Below are positions 63,861 to 64,000 of a stretch of DNA of 64,000 nt, one piece after another. Location of the stretch: positions 115,403 to 179,402 of the forward strand of contig JAKAVQ010000004.1 of NCBI GenBank assembly GCA_021817245.1, in the 5' to 3' direction. Within the stretch, counting starts at the first letter, position 1. Each line of letters opens with the position of its first letter. The notes beneath the pieces were generated by a model, which was given only the letters and a program-made list of their open reading frames with translations, was not told where the DNA came from and did not search any database. Position numbers and translations under genes: made by a program. The DNA comes from Thermoplasmata archaeon. Lineage in GTDB: Archaea > Thermoplasmatota > Thermoplasmata > Lutacidiplasmatales > UBA184.

Positions 63861-64000
63861 GTCTCTCCCGTGAACGCGAGGAACCGATCCGAGCTGTTCA
63901 GGAGGTCGACGAGGTCCTCGAGCGTACCGTTCCGGGCCCCGGGGAAGAGGTCCTCATCCCGCAGTCCGCGAAACCGGGCGCAGGTGGCGCAGGTCACGAC
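63857..64000 (-). CDS. DsrE/TusD-like protein, C-terminal fragment (gene continues beyond the right edge)
   Basis: Manual minus-strand translation gives ...VVTCATCARFRGLRDEDLFPGARNGTLEDLVDLLNSSDRFLAFTGET*. The Cys-x-x-Cys-A-x-x-RG segment and C-terminal pattern are as in DsrE/TusD. Confidence 0.6.
   Translation of the reverse strand, partial: VVTCATCARFRGLRDEDLFPGARNGTLEDLVDLLNSSDRFLAFTGET

Noticed and set aside
1-64000. CRISPR arrays, rRNA or tRNA genes, transposases, integrases, prophage or classic defence-system genes.
   Set aside because: I saw no regularly spaced direct repeats and no rRNA-like or cloverleaf-compatible segments by eye. None of the credible ORFs carries DDE transposase, tyrosine or serine recombinase, restriction-modification, Cas or toxin-antitoxin motifs. 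A covariance-model or HMM scan would be needed to be certain.

Overview
This is a very GC-rich 64-kb window. I recognised about 57 protein-coding genes and no rRNA, tRNA, CRISPR array, transposase or integrase.

Origin: several features suggest a high-GC archaeon, possibly Thermoplasmata-like. These are A/T-rich TTAAG or TATA-like boxes about 30 nt upstream of several start codons, a small TRASH/YHS protein next to a copper ATPase, an Lrp/AsnC regulator, and sequon-rich surface proteins with C-terminal membrane anchors. There are no informational genes in the window to prove this. A bacterial, actinobacteria-like origin cannot be excluded.

Gene content, left to right:
1. Housekeeping and miscellaneous genes (1-9600): a K+ channel, a malic enzyme, a GH15 hydrolase, an MBL hydrolase and small zinc-ribbon proteins.
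2. An unusual operon (9802-17250) encoding DsrE, TusA, MvhD, an HdrA-GltD fusion, HdrA, a small ORF, HdrC and a single-CCG HdrB.
3. Three giant secreted and anchored surface proteins (17858-26972).
4. An MFS transporter, a methyltransferase, a CGNR protein and a copM-like/copA copper efflux pair (27079-32507).
5. A zinc-ribbon plus Lrp pair followed by a textbook sulfur-oxidising heterodisulfide-reductase-like locus (33886-41500): hdrC1B1A-hyp-hdrC2B2, then lbpA, dsrE and a lipoate-protein ligase.
6. A tightly packed glycogen/trehalose operon (41697-58061): glgE, treS-mak, malQ, glgB, treZ, GH57, treY.
7. On the minus strand, a second sulfur-relay operon (57961-64000): dsrEFH-like, a hypothetical gene, tusA, dsrE, dsrE, tusA, an SQR-like gene, DUF1641, lbpA and a lipoate ligase.

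The most interesting candidate for an undescribed system is the TusA/DsrE-headed Hdr module with a GltD (NAD(P)H) insertion in HdrA. It sits beside a canonical sHdr-LbpA system and an expanded sulfur-carrier operon.

A second oddity is that glgB and treZ are separated only by an in-frame TGA. The TreZ N-terminal domain is encoded downstream of that stop, with no canonical start codon before it.

Many long ORFs in the supplied track are antisense or out-of-frame artefacts of the high GC content, and I rejected them.
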